A DNA stretch of 64,000 nucleotides from Octopus vulgaris (lineage: Eukaryota), in assembly GCA_951406725.2 (NCBI GenBank), contig OX597833.1, positions 24,800,001-24,864,000 on the forward strand. Direction: 5' to 3'. Under the pieces are notes generated by a model. It did not search any database and was not told where the DNA came from. It saw only the letters and a program-made list of their open reading frames with translations. Positions 1 to 9,986 of the stretch are shown here, piece by piece. Each line of letters begins with the position of its first letter. Positions within the stretch are counted from its first letter, which is position 1. The position numbers and the translations under genes are program-made.

Positions 1-819
1 TAACAACTGCCGTTAGTTAACACCACGAATAAATTAACATCCTAAATGGGAATTATTGGAAAATATGGTTTAAATATGGTCTTCATTAAGATGAAATTTT
101 AAAAACTTGTCGTGTCTGATGGATTTAACTTTGTCAAACCATGTAAAGACAGTTTTCTGATTTCTTTAACGGCTTAAGAAGTTTGACTTAATGCAAGAGA
201 AAGGAAAAATAATTGAATTGAGATTATGATAACTTTTGAGTGAGAGTCACATAGCTGAGCAGTGTAATGATCAAAGGCGATCAAACCATTAACCGTCCTG
301 CGTCCTGACGGTTATGTAGGAATACATTATCCAAAGTACTTTGCCTTAACTTAAGACAGTGGAGCATCATTTGAGGAATATTTTACTGCTATTTCTAACA
401 GAAAGATATACTATATACAATCTCCTGCTTCGACTCAGAATTGTTCGTGGTGGTGGAGCTGATCTGGTATAATGTGTTGATGAGGGATATACATTGAATA
501 ATATGTGAAACGGATGTTCCAGGACGCACATGAATGGTAGTGCATGTGAGGTTAAAATGGACCACACCACGGGAAGGTATGATCAAACCCTTAATGTAGA
601 TCAGAGTGACGGCATAGTTTTTATAAGTGACTAGCATTAAAGACCCGTCGTTGCCGGGTCATAGTGCTAGTGCATGTACATATGTGTATATATATGTGTA
701 CATATTACATGTACATCTATATATATACATCTAAACATAAAATACAAAATACAAAGTTATATCTTGATATCGCTAGTGATAACAATACTCAAAATATGTA
801 ACAGACTGGAATTGTTAGC

Positions 820-1120
820 CCGTCTCTTGTAATTTCAATCAATTGTATATTGTCCTCCCTCTTGTATAGGAGTGTGGCTACAATCCAGCCTACCTCTACT
901 TCTGGAGGTGGGGGGGCATTTAAATTTTTTTCCGGGACGTCCTACGTCCCAAGTATATAGGTAGAAATAAAATATTTCCACTTTGCAAGTTCGAGTCGAG
1001 TACTGCCTTACACGCTCCGTTGACTCGAACCTTGCTTTTATTGGGGCGAATTTACCGCCTCTGATTAGATATCTTTCATAGTCACACCAAGACACTTTTC
1101 GAAGGTGCTTTCCTCCATGT
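820..1120 (-). pseudogene. U0: degenerate, truncated ORF1 relic of the same family
   Basis: Minus-strand translation across frameshifts gives MEESTFEKCLG..., YLIRGGKFAPIKARFESTE, ILFLPIYLGRRTSR and PPEVEVGWIVATLL. These align with IEKCLG, YVSRGKKFGTVEVR, LLPTYLNRR and PPNVEAEWIVAAVI of the intact ORF1s. Confidence 0.75.
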
Positions 1121-1170
1121 TGTTTTATTATTACCCACAAGGGGCGAACACAGATGGGACAATACAATCT
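1121..1170 (-). terminator. Shared 3'-terminal motif (small stem-loop CCC-N-GGG plus AATAAA-like tail); also at about 6376, 8155, 9833, 11583, 13276, 14992, 16655 and in the SINE at 48037
   Basis: Plus-strand TTACCCAC.AGGGGC(G/T)A...GGACA is seen with its core at 1131, 6386, 8165, 9843, 11594, 13286, 15002 and 16663. The minus strand reads GCCCCT(T)NGTGGGTAATAA(TAAAA/AGAAA). Confidence 0.7.
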
Positions 1171-1366
1171 GATGATGGGGTCAGACAAACGAATGGGTTT
1201 TTACAATAAATCGGGTTTAAAAATTTTCATGAATAACAATAAATGGACAGAAATCGAGTGATAGGACAGACCGGAAGACATTACGGGTGGAGTGGGTGCG
1301 GGTTTAGCTCGGACCCCACGAGCCCCGCCTCCCCACTGATACTTTTGGTTGCACTTGGTATTACAT

Positions 1367-4300
1367 TTATGTTGTAACTTTCATTCGCAACTTCCGTGCT
1401 ACATCCTTCCATCGTTCTTCATACGCTCTCCTAGTCAGGCATATTCTCTCCAGCCCTATCTTCCTTTTCAGGTGAAAGATGAAATAATTCATCAAACCAG
1501 GGCCGGAGATGAACTTGCCTGACTGTAAACCTTTCATTCTCGTCTTCCATATCACCTCTTTCGCGATTGCTACTACAACGAGAAAACGAAACTTACCTTC
1601 ATTCACGAGGAAATCCGGTGGGTCAATTTTTGTAATCGACTCAGTCGACAGCTGTACTCTTCGTGTACCTGACAACAGGTGTTCGGCATAAACCCACACC
1701 TCAGACACGTCCGGACAATGAACAATCGCGTGCGGGACGGTTTCCCTATCCCGCCCGCATCTTGGACATATCGGACTGTCTTGGCCACCGTGCCTTGCGA
1801 GTTTATCCCGAACAGGTAGAGCTCCTCTGTAGCATTGCCATGCCAGAGACTTCTGGAAGTTGTCCAGTGTCCTTGGCTCGAACGTACGTCGGAACAGACT
1901 GGCCAGCTGGTTATCGTCGAGACCTAGGGTTTCCCCAAGGTATCTTCACATTCCGCCTCTACCAACCCTCTATAGAAGAAAGTGGTGGAACCCCCACCGC
2001 AGGCGTTGCCCGAGCGACGGAATAGCAGGAGAGCCTTGCGACACTCCGTGTACCAAGTACCAAGTTTCGATCTACGATTCAGCTAGGTTTCCCATCCACC
2101 GAAACTAGTGAACTTGGGAAACATCAGTTTTGCCAGCGAAGACCACACCCGTTCACCATCCAGGTAGAGCCACAGATGTCTTAACCTCAGCGCATGTCTG
2201 CGCATCATCAGCCAAGGCATCCCTAGCCCACCCTTTAACGGTTGTTGACAGCAAGTAGAGCGTTTCACAAGTGGTTTCCCGCCCTTCCACAAGAAGTAGA
2301 AGAGCTGTCTTTCCAACTTGATCAACCACGAATCAGGGCAAGGAACGACGGAAAGGCGGTAGGTGATAACCGATGCGATAAACACATTGGCCACCTCCGC
2401 CCTCCCTTTCAGGGATAGCCACCGCCAAGACCAGGTCTTGGCTACTGCAGCCACCTTGCTCGTTACCTCGCCCCAATTCTTCTCTATTTGGAGGTCTGGA
2501 CCGAACCAGACCCCTAGCAGTTTAATCGGACCCTCCGTCCAACGTCCCACGACGCTGTCAGGAGGCATCGACTTGCCTCTCCAGGTGCCGAGTTGCAAGC
2601 CGACTGACTTTTCGCGATTAACTTTTGCTCCTGTCACCGTCTCGTACACCTCTATGGCCTTGCCTACTTTACATAGGTGGTCCATTTCGGTTACGATGAT
2701 GGTGATGTCATCCGCGTACGCTGACACTGATTTTCCATTACCTGGCTGTCTCGGGATGCCGCTCAGTTTTCGCAGTAATGGCTCAAGAGCCATCACGTAC
2801 AAAAGCGGGGAGAGCGGACACCCTTGACGAACCGAGCGTTTGATTTTGAACGGCTTCGACAAGAAGCCGTTCACCCGAACTACCGAGTCGATGTTATCAT
2901 AAATTTCGATAATCCACCTGAGGAATCCAAGGCTCAGCCCGAACTGTGCCAGGGCAGATACCAGGTAACGATGGTCGACCCTATCAAAAGCTTTAGATTG
3001 GTCTAAATGGACCAGTGCCCCACCCTTGCCAGAATCACTATTAAACCCCTCTATAGTGTACCGCATTAGATGGAGATTATCCTGAATGGATCTGCCCGGA
3101 ACGGCACATGTCTGTGCCCCTCCGATCAGACCATCCGCGACACGCGCCAATCTTTTCGATAACACTTTGGCCAAAATCTTCAACTCTGTGTTTAGCAGAG
3201 TGATGGGCCTGAAATTATCAATGCACTCCCCCTTGCTCGGGTCCTTTCTGACGAGAGTCACTACTCCCCGGCGCACAGATCTGGGTATAAGCCCGTTCTG
3301 CTGCCAGTTCGCGTAGACCTCCGCCAGTAGGTGCCCGAACAAGTCTGGCATACTCTTATATAACTCATAGGGTAGACCATCCAAACCCGGCGCCTTGCCC
3401 GCACCGCAGTCCGCCATTGCCTCAACCACCTCCTCAGGCGTGATTGGCCCCTCACAGCCCTCCGCATCTCGCCCCGATAAGCGCGGCAGACCGTCGAGTA
3501 GGTCCGTAAAGGCCCTCCTCCTATCCAGTCCGCCGCACTCACCGAAAAGCTGAGCGAAGTGCTCCTGAAAGGCCTCACACATCTCCTCGGGTTCGTTTAT
3601 CAACTCACCTTGTTGGTTCGTCAAAGATCGAATCGTGGCATCGTTACCACGCTGAGCTTCCACCACTCGGGCCCATCTCACGGCGTTGATTCCTTCACAT
3701 CCCATATGACGGATTCTAGCCCTGACAATGCAGCCCATGTGTTTGGCCTCGAGGTGCTGGTTTAACACCAGTCTCTTGGCCGCCACCTGAGCCGCAGAGC
3801 CAGTTTTCATGGCTTCCTCTAATTCCTTAACTAGAGTAGTTTCCCTTCTAGCCTCTCTAGCCACTACTCCTATGCTATATCTAATAGACTCAAACTTGAT
3901 GGCTCGTTTGAGGGCGTACCACCATTTGTTATTAATGATGGTACCAGATAGTGCCCTCTGAATTATATTCCTAATCCGGTCTTTGTACTCCTTAATCGCC
4001 AAAAGGGACGTATTAAGTTTCCAGTAACCGGATCCTCTATTTTTAACCTTATCTATGTCAAGCTTACAAGTGACCATTTTATGATCACTGTAGCTGATCG
4101 GGTAAAACTGTGGACACTTAGCTATTTTACTGTCTACTTTTCTAATTAGTATTCTATCTAGATACGACCTGGAAGATCCGTCGCTGTTTGACCATGTCCA
4201 CAATGGAGCGTTCGGAAATTCCAGCCTATAAGGATCTGCTAGCTCAAAGCGGCTTAGCAGTTCCATGAAGCCACTGTTGCCTTTTCTATCTGGACACGAG

Positions 4301-4761
4301 CCAACATAATCTACATCCGCTTTGCAAATTGTGTTAAAGTCTCCTAGCACCACTAATGAATGCGAAGTACCAAGAAAGTTTTCTAGTTCACGAAAATAAT
4401 CACTTTGCCCTGTATGGTTGGGTGCGTAAATTGCAACCAGTCTGATAACTTTACCATTACTGAACGTCAAATCCATGACGACCAGCCTACCTTCTGGATC
4501 TGCAAAAATTAACTTTTTCTCAGAAACCCGGTTTCTTTTTAATAGGACCAACACCCCACTCCCGCCTGTAGGACTGCCAGGAGAGAAAAAACTCTCGTAG
4601 CCGTCAAACAGCGGGAGTAGACCTCTTGGCCCCTCTAGCCGGGTTTCTGTAGCAACAATAACATCTAAATTACGCGACCTGATATCATGCAGGAAGCGAC
4701 CTTGCTTCCAGCCTGCTCCCAGGCCGCGCACATTTAAACAACCAACATAAATGTAATCCAT
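1367..4761 (-). CDS. ORF2 polyprotein (AP endonuclease + reverse transcriptase + C-terminal CCHC finger), about 1130 aa; interrupted by one in-frame TAG (2083-2085) and one frameshift (about 1933-1936)
   Basis: EN motifs LNVRGL, ETRL, GDFN, LDRIL, SDH; YWKLN; RT motifs PGLDG, FRPITLLN, LDQSKAFDRV, RQGCPLSPLL, AYADD; FLWKG...GGLGMP. Reading continues in frame past the TAG (LNRRSKLGTWYTECRKALL). After a G-run frameshift it gives LAWQCYRGALPV...CPRCGRDRETVPHAIVHC and joins ORF 1367..1708. Confidence 0.93.
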
Positions 4762-6146
4762 TACTTACCTTTATATCAGTGGTTCGGTTTTTTCTTCTAC
4801 TTCCTTCTCTTTTTCTGGGCCTCGTGGGGGAGTCTGACGTAGGCCCTCGAATATATGTGGAGATGTTACATCCAACCTAAGTGGGCCTACGTCATGGAAG
4901 AATTCTGACTTTATCCGCCCGTAATCCTTCCGGTCTATTTTGTAAATTACAAAGTCATTTTTTTTCTCTACTCTCTTCACATTGGCCATGGCTGCCAACA
5001 CGTTTCCGAGTCTGCTATTTGATGCTTTTACGGCCATATATGAGTTCATTGACTCTTTTTTCTTTTTTAAAATTACTCTGGGAGGGGTGGTTTCCGTTTT
5101 TCTTTTTTTTTTTTCCGATAATTTTTGCCCACCCCTCCTCATTTATCTTTTCCTCGCTCTTTTTTTCTCCGCCGCTGGTTCTGCTGTTACCATCACCTCC
5201 ACACCTTCAGTCTTCCCTTCTGGGCCGTCTGACGCTGCTTCTGGTGACACATTGTCTTCTTTTTCTTTTGGCTTAGGTGCTTCCTGCGGTTTGGGTTGGG
5301 GCTGGCATTCCGCCCTTACATGCCCCTTCTTACCGCAGCCGAAGCACCTCGGCTTTCTGCCCTCTACGAAGACTGTGACTCTTTCATCTTCGCTTATCCT
5401 TAGAGTCTCTGGGATCTCTTCCAGAGTTTGTACTTCTGCTTGTATGGCTATTATTATCTTTTGCCCTTTCCAGAATTCTTCTTCTTCTACGGTGGCCTGG
5501 AGGATGTTTATTTTTTCCTCCAGGCCTACCATAACTGCTGCCACTAGGACTTCGGCATCCGCTTCTGGCGGGATGTTGTTCATTGTGATCTTGGAAGTTC
5601 TCTTGCCTTTATACAGGGGTAGGAGAACAATATCCTCCGCTTTTATGGGTTCCATGGATAGCTTCTTCGCTACCTCCTCTGACGTGAATCTCACCTCCAC
5701 TGTGCCGTATTTCTTCCCTCGATTGATATACGTAATTTTATCCATTATTGGCTTTAAGCAGTTTTCAATCTTTTTCTCCTCTATTTTTTGGATTGCTGTT
5801 TGTTATACTGAATGTCTTATAGATTATTCTCCTATTCGAAATATCCTCCTGTATTTGGGCGTTTGAAGCCACGGTTACTTCCGTGCCCTCTTTTGACACA
5901 CAGTCCGCATGTTTTCCCAGGTTGTCCACGTTAATTTTTTTAATTTTCTTCCCAGCCACTTCAGCGAATTTTTTTGCTGGAGTTGATGCTGGTACTGGTT
6001 TTACCATTTTCTTGGGCGACGCCGCCTCTTTTTCTTCGGCGACAGCGCCTCTTTTTTCTTGGCGACAACGCCTCTTTTTTACTTGGCGACAACGCCGGGT
6101 ATTCATCCTCGCTCGTCACGGGCGAATAAGTGATGGGGGACTCCAT
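4761..6146 (-). CDS. ORF1 of U1 (RNA-binding, single CX2CX4HX4C knuckle), split by several frameshifts at homopolymer runs
   Basis: ORF pieces 5961..6155, 5765..6106, 5143..5745 and 4771..5142 form one protein from ATG 6146 (MESPITYSP). Motifs RGKKYGTVEV, LLPLY and VEGRKPRCFGCGKKGHVRAEC. Confidence 0.85.
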
Positions 6147-6618
6147 CTTGAACAAATGGCTTTAACAAGCCTTTGGTAATCTAAATTGATTGTAGTTTTC
6201 CCCCACTGAGGGGGAACACCAACGCGAAGTCTTCGCGCGAAGGTTGACTTCGTCCGTTAGACAACAATGGACAAAAAAAGGTAGACCAACAGTATATAAT
6301 AACAGAGATAAGTAGTATGAGAGCAAAAATATATATCAACTTACTAATAACGCAATAAATTGATTTCCTCCATGTGATTTTATTATTACCCACGAGGGGC
6401 GAACATAGAGGGGACAGTACAATCGGGGAACTTAAAATAAGAAAGCGAAATGACAAGAAAAGGAAAAAATAAAAATAAAAATGACAAATGAAAGAATATT
6501 TACAATGAGATGCAAATGCCCACTCGATCCCCGGAATCGAGAGGTTACATTTTCGTCACATATAGTTCACAATTTTTTTTTTCTTTTTCTCTTCTTTCTT
6601 CTCTCTCCTCTCACAATC

Positions 6619-8018
6619 TCACACGTATTCCATAATACCTTTCAAGTCTCTAAAGTCAATCACTGAGCCCTCAGGCAGCCGCTCTTTCATTCGAACACCC
6701 GTGTAAAAAATTACACTCTCTCCAGCTGCTCTGAGGAACTCAGCGACTCTTTCTTCGGGGATCAGAGCAGTCTCCTGCCACTGATCAGTCATCCTGTTGA
6801 CCCACACATGTCCCTCCGTACTACATGTCAATTCCTTCATTTCGGGGCTGAAATGGAAGGTTATTAACTTGTAGTAATCTTGTTTCCGTCCTACGTTTTC
6901 TCTCGTTTTTCTTTTCGGGCTTACTTCTTCCTTGTTCTCCTCTCTTTGTTTCTCTCTTTCTCTCTTTTTGCCTTCTTTTCTTTCTTCTTCCTTCTCTTGT
7001 CTTTTTGGTTCTTTGTCTGTTCTCTCTTTCTCTCGTGTTTTATGTTCCTTTTCTTTTTCTTTTTGTGTGCCGTCTTTTCTTTTCGTTTGATTCTGATCTC
7101 TCTCTTGTTTTTTTCCTGTTGTTTCTTTTTCCTTTTTCTTTTCCTGACTCTGTTTTGGTTCTATTTCTTTCTTTTCTTTTATTTCTTTTTCCTTCGTTGA
7201 CTTATTATTTCCTTTCTCTTGTTGTTTTGTCTCCTTTTCTATGTTTTCTTTTTCATTTACCGTATTCTTCTTTTCTTCAAGTTCCTTCTCATACTCCGCT
7301 ATGAATTCGTATAACGGGCACTCTTTTTTAATGTGCCCCCTTGTCCCGCACAAGTAGCAGTTTGGCTTTCTTCCCTCTACAATTACACTGAGGGTTTTCT
7401 CGTCTTCGATTTCTATTCTATAGGGGAACCTTTCAATGTCCTCTTTTGTGGCCATCAAACACAGTTCTACCCCATATCCTCTCCAATTTACTGCGTTGGA
7501 CTCCTTAAAGGATTCCACCTCCACTTCCTCTTCTGCTGCTCCTAGAATAGCTGTTGCCAGCCATTCTGTTTTTACTTCTGGGGGTATATTCGGGATTTTA
7601 ACCCGGACCCCTCTTCTTCCCTTGTATGAGGGCCACATTATAAATGTTTCCGCTCTTAGAACAGTGGTAGCCAGTGAGGCTGCAATTTCTTCCGTTGCAC
7701 ATCTCACCTCCACCGTACCAAATTTTTTTCCTCTACTCACGTAGGTCGATTTATCCATTATGTCTCCCAGACATTTTTCGATCTCTGCTATCTCCACTCT
7801 TGCCAGTTTCTTTGTACTTTTGTCCTGGGTTCTATACGTTACAGTTTTGTTTTCTTTGTCCTCTTTTGCTTTCGCGGGGGGATTAGCTTCACGCTATCAC
7901 CCTCCCTTTTGAATAGTTTTTCATATTCTTTGAGTTTACTCTTCTCAAAGAAAACATCCTTCACGATTATTGCCGAATCATTATTATTCTTTCCCGTGAC
8001 CCCCGCGTAAGTCGCCAT
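6619..8018 (-). CDS. U2 ORF1-only cassette protein (type B), one frameshift near 7876-7881
   Basis: ATG 8018 gives MATYAGVTGK (the TYAG motif is shared with the other ORF1s) and joins ORF 6619..7797 with RGKKFGTVEV, VEGRKPNCYLCGTRGHIKKEC, a long K/E-rich linker and a C-terminal domain. The unit spans about 6376-8154. No ORF2 follows. Confidence 0.85.
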
Positions 8019-8279
8019 GACTAGAGGGTCAATTCACCTTCTTCGGAAGGTTTCCAAACGTGGAGGCAAATGCCTCGCGCGATATTAATCACTTTACACA
8101 ACAAAATTTCAACGTCTAATCACAGATAACAACACGTATAGATTTTCTCCATGTTATTTCTTTATTACCCACCAGGGGCTACGAAGAATGGCGGACATAA
8201 CAAAACATGGGGGACATAGAACAATATGATTAAATTTATGAGCAAATGAAAATGAAAAAATGATAATATGAAAGCGATG

Positions 8280-9665
8280 CTAACGGCCCCCTCCGCCAGC
8301 ATCACTTACCTGTCCTTTTGTTTTCACTGTCACCTGAATGTTCTTTCCAATACGAAGACCATCCATATCCATTCTTACTCCGAAACTGTCCTCCATATAT
8401 TCCACGAATTCATCGCTCATTCTTGTATCTTTCACCTCCCAATTCTCCCTTTCACACCTCAACACAAACTCATCTATATTCTTCTTTTCCAGCACTGCAT
8501 ATCTGATCCCATCCATTTCATACCATTCATACTCCTCCATTACCCTTTCAACCTCTTTCTGTTCAGTCACAATATAAATGTTCGGCCTGGGTTCGTTTTC
8601 AAACTCTTGTCTGTCTGTATTATTATTTTTCTTTTGTTTTCTTGTTGGAGGGGAGCGGGTGGGTTCACTGTCTGCAGGGGAAGGGTGGGATTCAGAGGGT
8701 GCGGGTGGTGTTGGGGTGGGTTGGGGCTTCGCACAGTTTTTCTTTTTCTTTCTTTTTCTCTTTTTTCTTCCTTCTTCCCACTCTTGTTGCATCTCCTCTT
8801 CTTCTGTCGTTTCTTTTTCCCTTTGATTCTCTTTGGTTTCTTCCTCTTTTGGGGCTTCCGCGACGATTTCCTTTTCTTTTTCCTTTGGTGGGGGAGGGCA
8901 GTAGGCTCTTATGTGACCCCTCAGGCCACACTTGTAGCACCTGGGCGCCCTACCCTCCACCCACACTCTCATAATAATATTTCCAGTTTTTATACTGTCC
9001 GTAAGCTTTTCTATAACTTCCGCCTCCGTCTGTATGTTCATTACTAGTGTGGCACCTTTCACGCCTTCATATTTCATAATGGCGTGGAGGATGTCCACTT
9101 TATCTTCATTTCCTTTGATAACCGCAGCCGTTATTAATTCGCCCTCTAGGTGTGGAGGTATTCCTTCCACCCTAATTCTGGTGGTCCTTCTATTCAAATA
9201 CGAAGGGAACAAGTAAAACTTTTCTGTACTCACCACCTTGGCTGCTATATTCCTGGCTGCTTTCTCACTTTTAAATTGTACCATTATGGTTCCATATTCT
9301 AATCCTTTTGTCATGTACACAATTTCTTCTCCTGTCTGTTTGAAAGCCTCTTCAATTGCTTCCATGTTAATCACTTCCATTTTTCTACCTCCATTCATAA
9401 ATACTTTATATTTAATGGTTCTACGATGGAACCAGTCTCCGCGCCCTGCTAGAGGCAACAGCTCAACCTCTCCGTTCTCCTCCTCCTTCATGAACTCCTG
9501 GAAGTCCGTCAACTTAGCCAGGTCTATTTCTTTTTCTGTTGACTTCTTCGTTATACCTGCGTATGTGCTTTCCATTTTTTTCACCGCCAACTCCTCCTCA
9601 GATGTCGACGAATTTTCAGAGAAATTTCTCCCTTCCATCTCATCCGTTTGGTAGAGGCGGCTCAT
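8280..9665 (-). CDS. U3 ORF1-only cassette protein (type C), open ORF of about 461 aa
   Basis: First ATG at 9665 (MSRLYQ); motifs TYAGITKK, KGLEYGTIMV and VEGRAPRCYKCGLRGHIRAYC. The unit spans about 8155-9832. Confidence 0.88.
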   Translation of the reverse strand: MSRLYQTDEMEGRNFSENSSTSEEELAVKKMESTYAGITKKSTEKEIDLAKLTDFQEFMKEEENGEVELLPLAGRGDWFHRRTIKYKVFMNGGRKMEVINMEAIEEAFKQTGEEIVYMTKGLEYGTIMVQFKSEKAARNIAAKVVSTEKFYLFPSYLNRRTTRIRVEGIPPHLEGELITAAVIKGNEDKVDILHAIMKYEGVKGATLVMNIQTEAEVIEKLTDSIKTGNIIMRVWVEGRAPRCYKCGLRGHIRAYCPPPPKEKEKEIVAEAPKEEETKENQREKETTEEEEMQQEWEEGRKKRKRKKKKNCAKPQPTPTPPAPSESHPSPADSEPTRSPPTRKQKKNNNTDRQEFENEPRPNIYIVTEQKEVERVMEEYEWYEMDGIRYAVLEKKNIDEFVLRCERENWEVKDTRMSDEFVEYMEDSFGVRMDMDGLRIGKNIQVTVKTKGQVSDAGGGGR

Positions 9666-9986
9666 AGTCGCCTCAGACCGAAAAACGGCCTCCCGAACAG
9701 AAAACGTGCGACGTACAGAACCAGTGTGACGCGAAACCACACCAACTGACGTTCCAATTCTGCAACCACAATTCACTTTTTGTTCTTTTTTCTTTTTTAA
9801 CCGAATTTTACAGAGCCCAAAAAAAAAACGCGTATTTCTTTATTACCCACTAAGGGGCTACGAAGAATGGCGGACATCACAAAACATGGGGACACAGAAC
9901 ATTATAATTAAACTTTATGAACATGAATTGTTAAACGAAAAAAAATGATAAAATGAAAGCGATACCAACGGCCCCGTCCGTCAGCA

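Larger units (their letters stand above)
1121..6375 (-). mobile_element. U1: full-length non-LTR retrotransposon, L1/Tx1 clade (5' UTR, ORF1, ORF2, 3' UTR)
   Basis: ORF1 with a CCHC knuckle is followed directly by an APE-RT-zinc finger ORF2. The 3' end is GCCCCTTGTGGGTAATAATAAAA (1123-1145). TTTCCTCCATGT occurs at both 1109-1120 and 6364-6375. Confidence 0.9.

Noticed and set aside
6181-6456. 91-aa hydrophobic ORF spanning the U2/U1 junction
   Set aside because: It crosses a unit boundary, is made of T-rich UTR sequence, and has no counterpart at other junctions.
8301-8312. ACTTACCTG resembling the 5' end of U1 snRNA on the plus strand
   Set aside because: The match is only about 9 nt and no U1 body follows. 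It is simply the complement of a splice-donor-like motif.
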